From the NCBI GenBank assembly GCA_041492755.1, contig JBGPXN010000012.1:1-47543 (forward strand): a stretch of DNA of 47,543 nucleotides, in the 5' to 3' direction. This document shows, in pieces, positions 29,805 to 39,893 of the stretch. The stretch is from Candidatus Methylomirabilia bacterium. Its GTDB lineage: Bacteria > Methylomirabilota > Methylomirabilia > Rokubacteriales > CSP1-6. Position numbers and translations under genes: made by a program. Numbering within the stretch: position 1 is the stretch's first letter; each line of letters opens with the position of its first letter. The notes under the pieces were generated by a model, which was not told the origin of the DNA, did no database searches, and was given only the letters and a program-made list of their open reading frames with translations.

Positions 29805-30164
29805 ATGGCTTCCAAGCTCTACATCGGTGGTCTCTCGTATTCCACGACCAGCGAAGGGCTCCGCGAGTTCTTCGCACAGTGCGGTAACGTCCTATCGGCG
29901 ACCGTCATCACGGACCGGTTCTCGGGCCAGTCCCGTGGGTTCGGCTTCGTCGAGATGGACGCGTCGGAGGAGGCCAACAACGCGATCTCGCAGCTCAACG
30001 GCCGCGAACTGGACGGACGGAGAATCACCGTCGAGATTTCGAATCCCCAGGGTCCGCGTACGGGTGGTGGTGGCGGGCGACCTGGCGGCGGTGGGCGACC
30101 GGGCGGTGGCGGCGGCCGCGAGGGCGGCTACGCGCATCGGCCTTCCAAGCCCGTGCGCTGGTAG
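29805..30164 (+). CDS. RRM-domain RNA-binding protein with Gly-rich tail
   Basis: RNP2 LYIGGL, RNP1 RGFGFVEM; GAGGAGG RBS. Confidence 0.95.
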   Translation: MASKLYIGGLSYSTTSEGLREFFAQCGNVLSATVITDRFSGQSRGFGFVEMDASEEANNAISQLNGRELDGRRITVEISNPQGPRTGGGGGRPGGGGRPGGGGGREGGYAHRPSKPVRW

Positions 30165-30168
30165 GCAA

Positions 30169-30272
30169 CTCGGAGGGGGCCTCGACGGCCCCATTCCGAC
30201 GCTCCGCGGGCCTTCGGCCCGCTGCGCTGCCTCCCCCAGGATAGGTTGCGCCGGCGGAGCCGGCGCTCGGAG
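30169..30272 (+). repeat. REP-like composite hairpin element, copy 2
   Basis: TCGGAGGGGGCC-TCGAC-GGCCCCATTCCGA hairpin, then TTGCGCCGGC-GGA-GCCGGCGCTCGGAG. Confidence 0.7.
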
Positions 30273-30284
30273 CGGAGAGACCAG

Positions 30285-30323
30285 ACGGGCCAGCTAGTTT
30301 CCTAGCTGGCCCGTTCTGTTTTT
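30285..30323 (+). terminator. Intrinsic terminator
   Basis: 13-bp stem ACGGGCCAGCTAG-TTTC-CTAGCTGGCCCGT followed by TCTGTTTTT, between convergent genes. Confidence 0.75.
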
Positions 30324-30366
30324 GATCAGCGGGCGAAGCGCGTATGCGTGCTTCAGCCTCTTCGGA

Positions 30367-32214
30367 CTATTCGAATATGCGGTCGTAGCGGCCGTACTCG
30401 TGGGCGGCGTCCATGAACCACTTCACGATGTCGGGCTCGGAGCGCGGTGGAATCTCGCAGGACGTGGACAGGATGAAGCCCGACTGGCGCGCGGCGGTGT
30501 CGATGCAGCGCTTGACGTCGGCGTACATCGCGTCTTTGGAGGTCTTCTCGAACTTGGTGGCGTCGACGTTGCCGATCGCGACCGCGCGGCCGCGCGCGAC
30601 CTCCATGAACCGCTGGAGCTGGTCGACGTAGAGCGTGGGATCGGCCTGCTGGTCGAGGTCGAAGGAGATCGTGCTGAACCCGCACTGGATCAGGTCTTCG
30701 TAGATCGGATACGTCGTCCCGCAGATGTGGGTGGTGACCCCGACCTTCTTCGCCTTGAAGTGCTCCACCAGCTCGCGGTGGTACGGCGCCACGAAGTCCC
30801 GGTAGTTGTCCGGCGAGATCAGGCTGATGGAGGCGGTCGGCTCGGAGAACGACAGCCCGATCCCGGTCTTGGCGATGGCGTCGCCCCAGAGCTTGCAGAA
30901 ATCCGTGGTCACCCGCATGAGGTCGTGGATGAACTGCGGATCTTCGAAGGTGTCGAGCAGCATCGTTTCCGGGTTCCGCAGGAGCATCGCGATCGTCCAC
31001 GGTCCCACCGCGACGGCGCCGATGGCCGTCGGAGGCTTGGCCTTCACGAGGGCCTCGCACTGATCGAGGAACCCGGGCAGCCGCGCCGTCTTGTACGGGT
31101 CCGGCATCGGCAGCTGCGCGAGCTTCGCCTTGTCCTCGGCCAGCACGTGCGCGTCGATGGACGGAACCACGTAGTCCGAATACTTCACCCCGCAGCCGAA
31201 CGCCTCCGCTTCCTTGGCGAGGTCGTTGTACGCCAGGACGACGTCCGGCTGGTAGCGCTCGTAGTAGTTCAGCATGGCCGTGATGGCCCGCGGGACGTTC
31301 GTGCAGTACTCCTCGATGCTGAGTCCGTCGAGCGTCCCCGCGAACGACGCCACGATCGGGTAGACCGGCACGCGGTCGGCGAACGACCGCTTGTACGCCG
31401 CCACCACGCGATCACGGTTGGAGTAGGCGCCCTGGCCCTTTTCCGCGTCCCAGACCCGATTCGCTTCCATATACCGGGGCGGTAGCTTCGCTTCGTATTC
31501 CATGAACTGGGTGATCGGGTAACGGATCCCGCCGCCGTGCGTGCCCCGCAGGCCCTCGACGATTTCGTCCATGTGGCTCCACGGGATGGTGAACGCCATC
31601 TCGTGGTCCTGGGTCTGCCCGAAGATCCGGTCGCCCGAGCAGGGCAGGATCACCTGGGGGCGGTCGGTGCGCATGGTGGTGACGATGATCTCCGAGCAGT
31701 CCACCCGGCCGCCGAACGCCGATGCGAGCTTGCCGCCGCGCTTCCAGAGCGCGGCCTGGGTGAGCCGCATGACCTGCGCGGGATTGCCGTAGATGCACAC
31801 CAGGTGCGGTTCGAAGGTCGCGCGGTCGAGGGGCGCGACCAGCAGCGCCGTGTAGTCGCCGGCGGCGAACTTCTCGACAGCAGCCTCCGACCGCTGCCCC
31901 GCCTCCTTGGTCTCGGTGTACATGCCTTCGCAGAGCGTGCCGGACTTGTGGAGGTGGGTCGGTTTCTCGAAGCCCAGGGCGGCGATTCCGAGCGAGCAGA
32001 TCGAGTCCTCCCGGGTGAGGGCGATCATCCAGCCGTACCGCCGGGCCATGTCGATGACCTGGCAGTTCATGCTCAGTTTCTTGAAGTCCCGGGCCGGACG
32101 TCGGGCGCGCTCGGGGATGGGCTCGTCCGCGGTGAGCATCCGGATCGCGACGGGAAAAGTCTGCGGTCGGATGTAAAACTGCAACTCTTTGTCCGCCGTC
32201 TTGACGTCGATCAT
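30367..32214 (-). CDS. DUF169-like domain fused to a UroD/MtaA-CmuA family (methyltransferase-like) domain
   Basis: N-half with NCQ, CSLG, GNPAQVMRL, DCS, PCSGDR; C-half DRVPV, EAEAFGC, GPWT, HICG, GNVD, ILSTSCE; GGAGG RBS before ATG 32214. Confidence 0.82.
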   Translation of the reverse strand: MIDVKTADKELQFYIRPQTFPVAIRMLTADEPIPERARRPARDFKKLSMNCQVIDMARRYGWMIALTREDSICSLGIAALGFEKPTHLHKSGTLCEGMYTETKEAGQRSEAAVEKFAAGDYTALLVAPLDRATFEPHLVCIYGNPAQVMRLTQAALWKRGGKLASAFGGRVDCSEIIVTTMRTDRPQVILPCSGDRIFGQTQDHEMAFTIPWSHMDEIVEGLRGTHGGGIRYPITQFMEYEAKLPPRYMEANRVWDAEKGQGAYSNRDRVVAAYKRSFADRVPVYPIVASFAGTLDGLSIEEYCTNVPRAITAMLNYYERYQPDVVLAYNDLAKEAEAFGCGVKYSDYVVPSIDAHVLAEDKAKLAQLPMPDPYKTARLPGFLDQCEALVKAKPPTAIGAVAVGPWTIAMLLRNPETMLLDTFEDPQFIHDLMRVTTDFCKLWGDAIAKTGIGLSFSEPTASISLISPDNYRDFVAPYHRELVEHFKAKKVGVTTHICGTTYPIYEDLIQCGFSTISFDLDQQADPTLYVDQLQRFMEVARGRAVAIGNVDATKFEKTSKDAMYADVKRCIDTAARQSGFILSTSCEIPPRSEPDIVKWFMDAAHEYGRYDRIFE

Positions 32215-32414
32215 TCTGCCTCCTGGCCTACTCGCCGACGAGCGTACTATGCATCTTCCGCAACCCGCAACGCGCTTACCGAAGTGGGAAATCCTTGCGC
32301 GCCTCACGCCCAGGCCTGAGCGACTGATGACTGGAAAGTGCCCGATCAGCGAGCGAGACCGTTGAGCATGGCCGCCGTTCGAGTGCCGGCGCGACATTTG
32401 CCTCCAGAGTCAGC

Positions 32415-33137
32415 ATGCGCCGGATGCTGACCCTTGTCGTGGGCATTCTGATCGGTCAGTGGCTGGTTCTCGGGAGCGTGGTTTCGCCCGCCGACTTCTA
32501 CATGCGCGGCAGCCAGGCCTGGGAGCGTCACGACTACGCCGAAGCCCTGCGGCTCTGGAGTCACGCCGTCGCCGTGCAGCCCGACAACCCGTTGCTCCAC
32601 TATCGGCGGGCCGCCGCGCTCGAGCAGCTCGGCCATCGAAACTCCGCCCTCGATGCGTACCGCCTCGCCCTGAACCTCGAGCCGCCGCAGCCGATCGCCA
32701 AGCTCGTGGCCGAGCGCCTCGTCGGCCTCGAGGCCGGCACCGTGACCGGCGAGGGTGTGGAGACCAGCGTGCCACTGGAGCCGGCGCGCGGGGTGTGGAT
32801 CGCGTCGGGAGTGTTGAACGGCGAGCGGGTGGCGCGGCTCCTCGTCGACACCGGTTCCAGCGTGACGCTGCTGTCGCCGGCGCTCGCGGCGAGCCTGGGG
32901 CTGCCGCGTGAGACGGCTGGCGACACGGTCGAGCTCCTGACCATCGCCGGGCGAGTCACCGGGCCGGGAGCGCGCCTGCGATCGTTGCGGCTGGGCGCGG
33001 CCGAGCTGAACGACCTGCCCGTCGTGGTTCACGATCCCGGTCCGGGGGTCGACGGCATCCTGGGCAACACGTTCTTCACGCACTTCCGCCTGACTCTCGA
33101 CACCGACCGCCGCGTCCTCCAGCTGCGGCGCAACTAG
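32415..33137 (+). CDS. Exported TPR + retropepsin-like aspartyl protease
   Basis: Signal-like N-terminus, TPR-like helices, LLVDTGSS and DGILG. Confidence 0.85.
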   Translation: MRRMLTLVVGILIGQWLVLGSVVSPADFYMRGSQAWERHDYAEALRLWSHAVAVQPDNPLLHYRRAAALEQLGHRNSALDAYRLALNLEPPQPIAKLVAERLVGLEAGTVTGEGVETSVPLEPARGVWIASGVLNGERVARLLVDTGSSVTLLSPALAASLGLPRETAGDTVELLTIAGRVTGPGARLRSLRLGAAELNDLPVVVHDPGPGVDGILGNTFFTHFRLTLDTDRRVLQLRRN

Positions 33138-33141
33138 TCTT

Positions 33142-33255
33142 CGTCGGGGGGAGGGGCGCTCGCTCCCCCCGACGCCCCCCAGCGCTCGGAGGGGTGTTGC
33201 CCCTGCGAACCACCCCGGACCGGAGACGTTGCGCGGGCGAAGCCCGCGCTCGAAC
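33142..33255 (+). repeat. REP-like composite hairpin element, copy 3
   Basis: CGTCGGGGGGAG...CTCCCCCCGACGCCCCCC matches copy 1 reverse complement; TTGCGCGGGC-GAA-GCCCGCGCTCGAAC. Confidence 0.75.
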
Positions 33256-33418
33256 AGAGACCGTCACCACGCGCGCGACCGGTGAAGCGCCGCGCCGAGG
33301 CCCGAGCACTGGCTCTTCCGTCAGACCCTGCGCGCTTTTCTGGTGGGTAAAAGGAAGTAGAATACGCGGCACGTTGTTGGCGGGCGATTACTCACTGCGT
33401 CAGAGGAGAGCAGGACAC

Positions 33419-34843
<1,425 letters not shown>

Positions 34844-34881
34844 GCGGCCGCGCGCGGCCGGCCCACGGCGGTGGGTGCGGC

Positions 34882-35105
34882 CTGGGCTGGCCCTTTGGCC
34901 GCCGTCACCCGGCTGGCCTCCGCGTCACCGTCGATGCGCTGCTCGACGGCGGGTTCGTCGCGATCGATCTGGAAACGACTGGCCTGGATATCGCGAGCGC
35001 GCGAGTGGTGGAGGTCGCTGCCATTCCCTTTCGGCGGGACGCGCGGCGCCAGGGGCTGCGGCAGTGGATGATCTACTGCGGCACCAGGGCCCCCGTGTCC
35101 GCTGA
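34882..35105 (+). pseudogene. Internally deleted DEDDh 3'-5' exonuclease remnant
   Basis: Frame not in ORF track reads GFVAIDLETTGLDIASARVVEVAAIPF (ExoI motif, D at 34966); similarity stops near 35040; another frame ends VDDLLRHQGPRVR*. Confidence 0.7.
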
Positions 35106-35163
35106 GCGAGATGGTCCGTGCTGCCGCTGATTGGCAGTGGTGTCACAAAACGGCATGCCAATC

Positions 35164-35302
35164 AGGGCGTTCCGCACGCTGTTCGGGCATCCTGCCCGCT
35201 ACTTTACCTGGATGCCCCCGGCCCCGGCCTCCGCAGGCGCCCACGATATCAATGAATTAACCTGACCCTGCGTCCGTCTGAGGGTTCGGCACGGGCGTTG
35301 CA
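35164..35302 (+). promoter_or_regulatory. Sigma54 promoter with tandem enhancer-like boxes and IHF consensus site
   Basis: AGGGC-N5-GCACG 35164 and CGGGC-N5-GCCCG 35184; TATCAATGAATTA 35247-35259; CGGCACGGGCGTTGCA 35287-35302. Confidence 0.78.
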
Positions 35303-35334
35303 GTTCCAGCGCCGAACACAAAGGGAGGGACGCG

Positions 35335-35739
35335 ATGAAGGGGATCCGGGAGCGGCTGGAGCAGGAGCTCGGGGTAGCCACCAGCCGGCTGCACAAGACC
35401 GACGCCGGGGTGGCGCTCGCGGAGCTGCGCGGAGTGGTCGGCGACAAGACGCCGTTCGCCGACGAGGTCGACGAGATTCAACAGAACGAGCTGCGTGAGA
35501 TCGGCTTCGCCACGCGGACGTTGCTGGTGGAGCGGGTCCACCGCCTGCGCGATGCGCTAGCGCGCCTGCGCAACGGAGACTACGGCACCTGCGTCGAGTG
35601 CGGTGAGCCCATCGCTCCGGCGCGGCTGCGGGCGATGCCGGAAGTTCAGACGTGCGTGCGCTGCCAGGACCGCCTGGAGCGGGTCGGCCGCTACGCGGAG
35701 CCCGTGGAAGCGGGGGTTAGCGCCGAGGACGACGACTGA
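35335..35739 (+). CDS. TraR/DksA family C4 zinc-finger protein
   Basis: Coiled coil with DEVD; YGTCVECGEPI...RLRAMP...CVRC; GGGAGG RBS. Confidence 0.9.
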   Translation: MKGIRERLEQELGVATSRLHKTDAGVALAELRGVVGDKTPFADEVDEIQQNELREIGFATRTLLVERVHRLRDALARLRNGDYGTCVECGEPIAPARLRAMPEVQTCVRCQDRLERVGRYAEPVEAGVSAEDDD

Positions 35740-35754
35740 GCTCAGTTGAAAGAG

Positions 35755-35790
35755 GCGGGCGGGATCTCGACGGTCCCGCCCGCTCCGTTT
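35755..35790 (+). terminator. Probable intrinsic terminator
   Basis: GCGGGCGGGA...TCCCGCCCGC stem with a short T tract, just after the stop. Confidence 0.5.
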
Positions 35791-35909
35791 AGAATCCCGG
35801 CGGCATACTCGCCCGCCGGCTCACGCTGTTCCTGCTGATCTATTTGTTTGATGGTGATGGGTGACCGTGTTTGCGCGCGCGAGGGGTGGCTGGTGCTACC
35901 CTAGCCGCT

Positions 35910-36578
35910 GTGCGGACGCCGATTCTCGACGTGTTCCGTCCCGCCGTGCACGGCGTGTCCCGGCTCTATTTCGGTCTCGAGCTCGCGGGCACGGAGCATA
36001 TCCCGGCCACCGGGCCCGTCGTCATCACGCCCAACCATCAGACGTACGCGGATCCGCCGCTCGTGACGATCCCGATTCGGCGACCGGTCTACTACATGGC
36101 GTGGGACCGGTTGTTCGACGTCCCACTCTTGAGCGCATTCATCCGGATCCTGCGCGCGTTCCCCGTTCGGTTGGAGTCGAACGATGCCCGGGCGACGCGT
36201 GAGGCCGTGCGCCTGCTGCGAGCGGGGGAGGCGCTGATGATCTTTCCGGAAGGCGGGCGGTCGCCTGATGGCGGTGTCGGCCGCTTCAAGCCGGGCGCGT
36301 TCCGGCTGGCCGCGTCGCTGGGCGCGGCAGTTCTGCCGGTGACGATCACGGGTGGGCACGAATCCTGGCCGCCGGGCCGGACGCTGCCGCGGCCGGGCCG
36401 GGTCCGGATCACATACCATCCGCCGATGTGGGCCGCGACCGGCGGCGATCCGCGCCGGGCCGCGCTCGAGCTGGCAGAGCGGGTGAGGAGTGTGGTCGCG
36501 GGCGCCATGACCCCGACCGCGCCGGTTGGCGCGGTGCCGGCGCCGCCACCTCAGACGTGGCGTTCCTCGACCCGATAG
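35910..36578 (+). CDS. 1-acyl-sn-glycerol-3-phosphate acyltransferase (PlsC family)
   Basis: NHQTYAD (HxxxxD), FPEGGRS, FKPGA. Confidence 0.88.
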   Translation: MRTPILDVFRPAVHGVSRLYFGLELAGTEHIPATGPVVITPNHQTYADPPLVTIPIRRPVYYMAWDRLFDVPLLSAFIRILRAFPVRLESNDARATREAVRLLRAGEALMIFPEGGRSPDGGVGRFKPGAFRLAASLGAAVLPVTITGGHESWPPGRTLPRPGRVRITYHPPMWAATGGDPRRAALELAERVRSVVAGAMTPTAPVGAVPAPPPQTWRSSTR

Positions 36579-36716
36579 CCAGCGGCGTCGAGCCGCTCGA
36601 GCAGCCGCTGGATGTGCGGGCGGCCCGATGTCTCGAGCGTGAGCCCCACCTCCGTCTCGCCGATCGCCGCCCCCGGGGCGAACGCGCGATCGTGCTCGAT
36701 GTGGACGATGAGTCAC
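36551..36716 (-). pseudogene. Threonine ammonia-lyase remnant (start codon + out-of-frame C-terminal ACT domain)
   Basis: 36709-36551 reads IVHIEHDRAFAPGAAIGETEVGLTLETSGRPHIQRLLERLDAAGYRVEERHV*; preceded by GTGACTC 7 nt after the iaaA stop. Confidence 0.72.
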
Positions 36717-36723
36717 CGGGGAA

Positions 36724-37662
36724 TCAGAACGGCACGAGAGGCTCGGTCAGGGCAGGCGACATCCACGCCACGGGCATGAGCGGCGTCGAGTGCGCGTATC
36801 CTGTGCGCCCACGCCAGTCCAGCAGGATGAGGCCGCCCTGGCCACGGCCTTCCTCGACCAGGAGGTCGACGGCGACGTGGGCGGCGTACTCGGGATCGTC
36901 CGCTTCCTTCAAATAGTCGAGCGCGCGCCGCGCGAGCACGATGCGAATGATCGCCTCGCCGTCGCCCGTGCACGACACACCGCCGATCGTCCGGTCGGCG
37001 TAGGTGCCGCCGCCGATGAGCGCGCTGTCGCCGACGCGCCCCGGGCGCTTGCCCCAGGTGCCGCCGGTGGACGTGGCCGCCGCCACTGCGCCGTGGCGGT
37101 CGAGCGCGACCGCGCCGACCGTGCCCGCGGCGCCGGCCCGTGTCTCCCGCGCGAGCTCCGGCGCGACGGCAGGCGCGGGTTGGTTGGCGAATCGCCGGCG
37201 CTGGCGGTCGGTGATCAGGCTCGCGGGATCGCACTCGGGCACGCCGACCTCGCGCGCGAACGCGACGGCGCCGGGGCCGACCATCAGCACGTGGCGTCCA
37301 CTCTCGAGGACGCGCCGCGCGAGCGTCACCGGATTGGCGATCCCGGAGACCGCAGCCACGGCGCCGCAGTCCAGCCGCTCGCCTTCCATGATCGAGGCGT
37401 CCATCTCCACGGTGCCCGCGCTGGTGAGCACGGAGCCCCGGCCCGCGTTGAATCGCGGGTGGTCTTCGAGCGCGCGGACCGCGGCTTCCACCGCATCCAA
37501 TGCATGCCCCTCGGCGGCGAGAACGTGCCAGCCGGCGGCGGCCGCGGCCCTCACACCGCCGCGCAGCTCCTCGCGTCCGTCGGCGGGATCGGCGCCGGCG
37601 CCGCCGTGCACGATGATGGCGGGCACGCGGGGACCGCTCGGGTCGCGTCGCTGTCGCAGCAT
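36724..37662 (-). CDS. iaaA: Isoaspartyl peptidase / L-asparaginase (Ntn hydrolase)
   Basis: IVHGGAG, FNAGRGS, EMDASIM, GTVGAVA, TSTGG, GRVGDS; start could be GTG 37626. Confidence 0.9.
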   Translation of the reverse strand: MLRQRRDPSGPRVPAIIVHGGAGADPADGREELRGGVRAAAAAGWHVLAAEGHALDAVEAAVRALEDHPRFNAGRGSVLTSAGTVEMDASIMEGERLDCGAVAAVSGIANPVTLARRVLESGRHVLMVGPGAVAFAREVGVPECDPASLITDRQRRRFANQPAPAVAPELARETRAGAAGTVGAVALDRHGAVAAATSTGGTWGKRPGRVGDSALIGGGTYADRTIGGVSCTGDGEAIIRIVLARRALDYLKEADDPEYAAHVAVDLLVEEGRGQGGLILLDWRGRTGYAHSTPLMPVAWMSPALTEPLVPF

Positions 37663-37691
37663 GGCCTCACCGTGGCACAATCCGCGACGAA

Positions 37692-38405
37692 TTGCACAAC
37701 GACGATCGCACCCGCCGCGCCCTCGAGCGCCTCAATCAGGCCATCGTGCGCTGCCGGATCTGCCCGCGGCTGGTCAAGCACCGCGAGGCGGTGGCGGCCG
37801 CGCCGCCACGCCGGTATCAGGGCCAGGACTACTGGGCGCGTCCGTTGCCCGGCTTCGGGGATCCCCGCGCGCAACTGGTCCTCGTCGGCCTGGCGCCGGC
37901 CGCCCACGGTGGCAACCGCACCGGCCGGATGTTCACTGGTGACATGAGCGGCACCTGGCTGGCCCGCGCGCTCTTCGAGACGGGCTTCGCCAACAAGCCG
38001 ACGTCGGAGCATCGTGACGACGGCCTGCGCCTGCGCGACGCGTACATCACCGCCGCCGTGCGCTGCGCCCCGCCCGACAACAAACCGACACCGGCGGAGA
38101 TGGCGCTGTGTGCCCCGTATCTCGACCAGGAGCTTCGCGTGCTGACGCGGCTGCGGGTGGTAGTCGGCCTCGGCCGCGTCGGCTGGCAAGCCTACCTGCG
38201 CGCGCGAAAGACGGCCGAAGCTCCGCCGCCGCTGGAAACGCCGGTGTTCGGCCACGGCTCGTTGACTCGCTTCGCCGACGGCGTGACGCTGCTCGCGTCC
38301 TACCACCCCAGCCAGCAGAACACGTTCACCGGCAAGCTCACCGCGCCCATGCTCCGCGCGGTGTTCGCCCGCGCGCGCTCGATCCTCCGAGCGGCGCGGG
38401 CGTAG
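37692..38405 (+). CDS. Uracil-DNA glycosylase family 5 (UdgB-like)
   Basis: CRICPRL, GLAPAAHGGNRTGRMFTGD, RCAPPDNKP, YHPSQQN. Confidence 0.92.
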   Translation: MHNDDRTRRALERLNQAIVRCRICPRLVKHREAVAAAPPRRYQGQDYWARPLPGFGDPRAQLVLVGLAPAAHGGNRTGRMFTGDMSGTWLARALFETGFANKPTSEHRDDGLRLRDAYITAAVRCAPPDNKPTPAEMALCAPYLDQELRVLTRLRVVVGLGRVGWQAYLRARKTAEAPPPLETPVFGHGSLTRFADGVTLLASYHPSQQNTFTGKLTAPMLRAVFARARSILRAARA

Positions 38406-38410
38406 CCCAC

Positions 38411-39409
38411 TTACTTGAACGCGGGCATGACCTTCTTCGCGAGCAGGTCGATCTGCTTGGGATCGTCGGTCACCGGGCCCAGCACGATGTACCGCAGGCC
38501 GGACTTCACGAGATCCTGGATGCGCGCGACGATGGCGTCGATCGAGCCCGCCATGTAGCACTCTTGCAGATGATCCCAGGAGCGATGTGTGCCCATCGCG
38601 CGCAGGAACGGCGCGCGCGACTTTGCTAGCGCGCGGTCGTGGTTCTTCTCTTCCACCAGGTGGGTGAAGTTACAGTGACCGAAGGTGAGCGTGCGCGGGT
38701 CGCGACCGAGGAGCTTGGCGTGCTCCTTGAGCTGGGCCCAGTCCCGCTTGACCCACTCCTGGGTCCCCGAGCAGCGCGACAGCCAGTGGCCGGCCTTGAC
38801 GATGCGATCCATGACGGTCTTGGCGATGACCGGGACGTCGTGCTCGTCGGGATCGGGCACGCGCGAGCCGCCCGAGACCCAGATCTGCGGCATCTTCGGC
38901 GGGCGCGGATCGATCGTGACGTCGCGGAACTGGTAGTAGCGGCCCTCGTAGCTCGCGTTGGGCTGGGTGAGCAGCAGGGTCACCGCCTCGATGATCTCGT
39001 CCGTCCGGCGTCCTCGCTCCTCGATCCGGCTGCCCGTCACCTCGAACTCGCGCGTATACCAGCCGGGACCGACGCCGAAGATGTAACGGTTGTTCGACAT
39101 GTGGCAGAGCGTCGAGATCTCCTTGGCGAGTACGACCGGATGCCGCACGGGCAGCACGAGGATGCCGGTGGCGATCTTCACCTTCGACGTGATCGCAGCC
39201 GCGTACGAGAGGATGCTGAGCGGCTCCAGCCACGCCACGCCATAGAGGCCGGGCGCCGACAGCAGGTGATCGATGACCCAGACGTCGATCCCGTACTTCT
39301 CGCACTTCTCGATCGACTCACGGATGTTGCGCACGTTCTTCGCATCGCCCGCCTTGCCGCCGCCCCACGCGTACGTCGGAATCCACGCCCCGAACTTGAG
39401 CTTCGCCAT
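38411..39409 (-). CDS. LLM-class flavin-dependent oxidoreductase
   Basis: WVIDHL, RHPVVLAKEISTL, FGVGPGW, RGRRTDE; RBS before ATG 39409. Confidence 0.9.
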   Translation of the reverse strand: MAKLKFGAWIPTYAWGGGKAGDAKNVRNIRESIEKCEKYGIDVWVIDHLLSAPGLYGVAWLEPLSILSYAAAITSKVKIATGILVLPVRHPVVLAKEISTLCHMSNNRYIFGVGPGWYTREFEVTGSRIEERGRRTDEIIEAVTLLLTQPNASYEGRYYQFRDVTIDPRPPKMPQIWVSGGSRVPDPDEHDVPVIAKTVMDRIVKAGHWLSRCSGTQEWVKRDWAQLKEHAKLLGRDPRTLTFGHCNFTHLVEEKNHDRALAKSRAPFLRAMGTHRSWDHLQECYMAGSIDAIVARIQDLVKSGLRYIVLGPVTDDPKQIDLLAKKVMPAFK

Positions 39410-39429
39410 GTCCTCTCCGTGTGTGATGG

Positions 39430-39804
39430 TCAGGAGGTGCGGCCGCGCTGCTGACCGTACCGGATCTCGAGGGTCACGCACCCGCGGGGTACACGATAGG
39501 GCCCGTGCGGCATGCCCGGCGGCCGGCACGCGTACATGCCGGCCGTGAACGTCTGATGCTTGCCGAGGTCCATCAGCGCACCCTCGAGGATCCACACCTC
39601 TTCCCAGAAGTCGTGGCTGATCGTCTCCGTCGTTTCCACACCGGCGTCGAACTGCAGCAGCCGCGTGACGTCGCCCGTCGCGTCGTCACGACTGAGAATC
39701 TTCTGGCGGACCCCGGCCCCTCCGGCCCCGCCGGTCGCGGAGGCGGCGACGTCCTCCCACGGCAGGTGATCGGGCCGGAAGAACTCGTACTCGGGTTTCG
39801 GCAT
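39430..39804 (-). CDS. Cupin domain protein (ChrR-like)
   Basis: HDFWEEVWILEG, YACRPPGMPHGP; GGAGAGG RBS. Confidence 0.85.
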   Translation of the reverse strand: MPKPEYEFFRPDHLPWEDVAASATGGAGGAGVRQKILSRDDATGDVTRLLQFDAGVETTETISHDFWEEVWILEGALMDLGKHQTFTAGMYACRPPGMPHGPYRVPRGCVTLEIRYGQQRGRTS

Positions 39805-39893
39805 CGCCCTCCTCTCCAGTCCGGGCCGCGCGCCGCCGCCTGGGTCGCACGGGACCGCATGGGCGGGCGCGCGACCGCGCTAGACTACCACTC

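Noticed and set aside
30060..30125. GGC/GGT-rich tandem repeat
   Set aside because: Simply encodes the Gly-rich tail of the RRM protein.
30367..32214. Calling this gene hemE
   Set aside because: HICG/Cys pattern and N-terminal fusion point to the MtaA/CmuA branch; no haem genes nearby.
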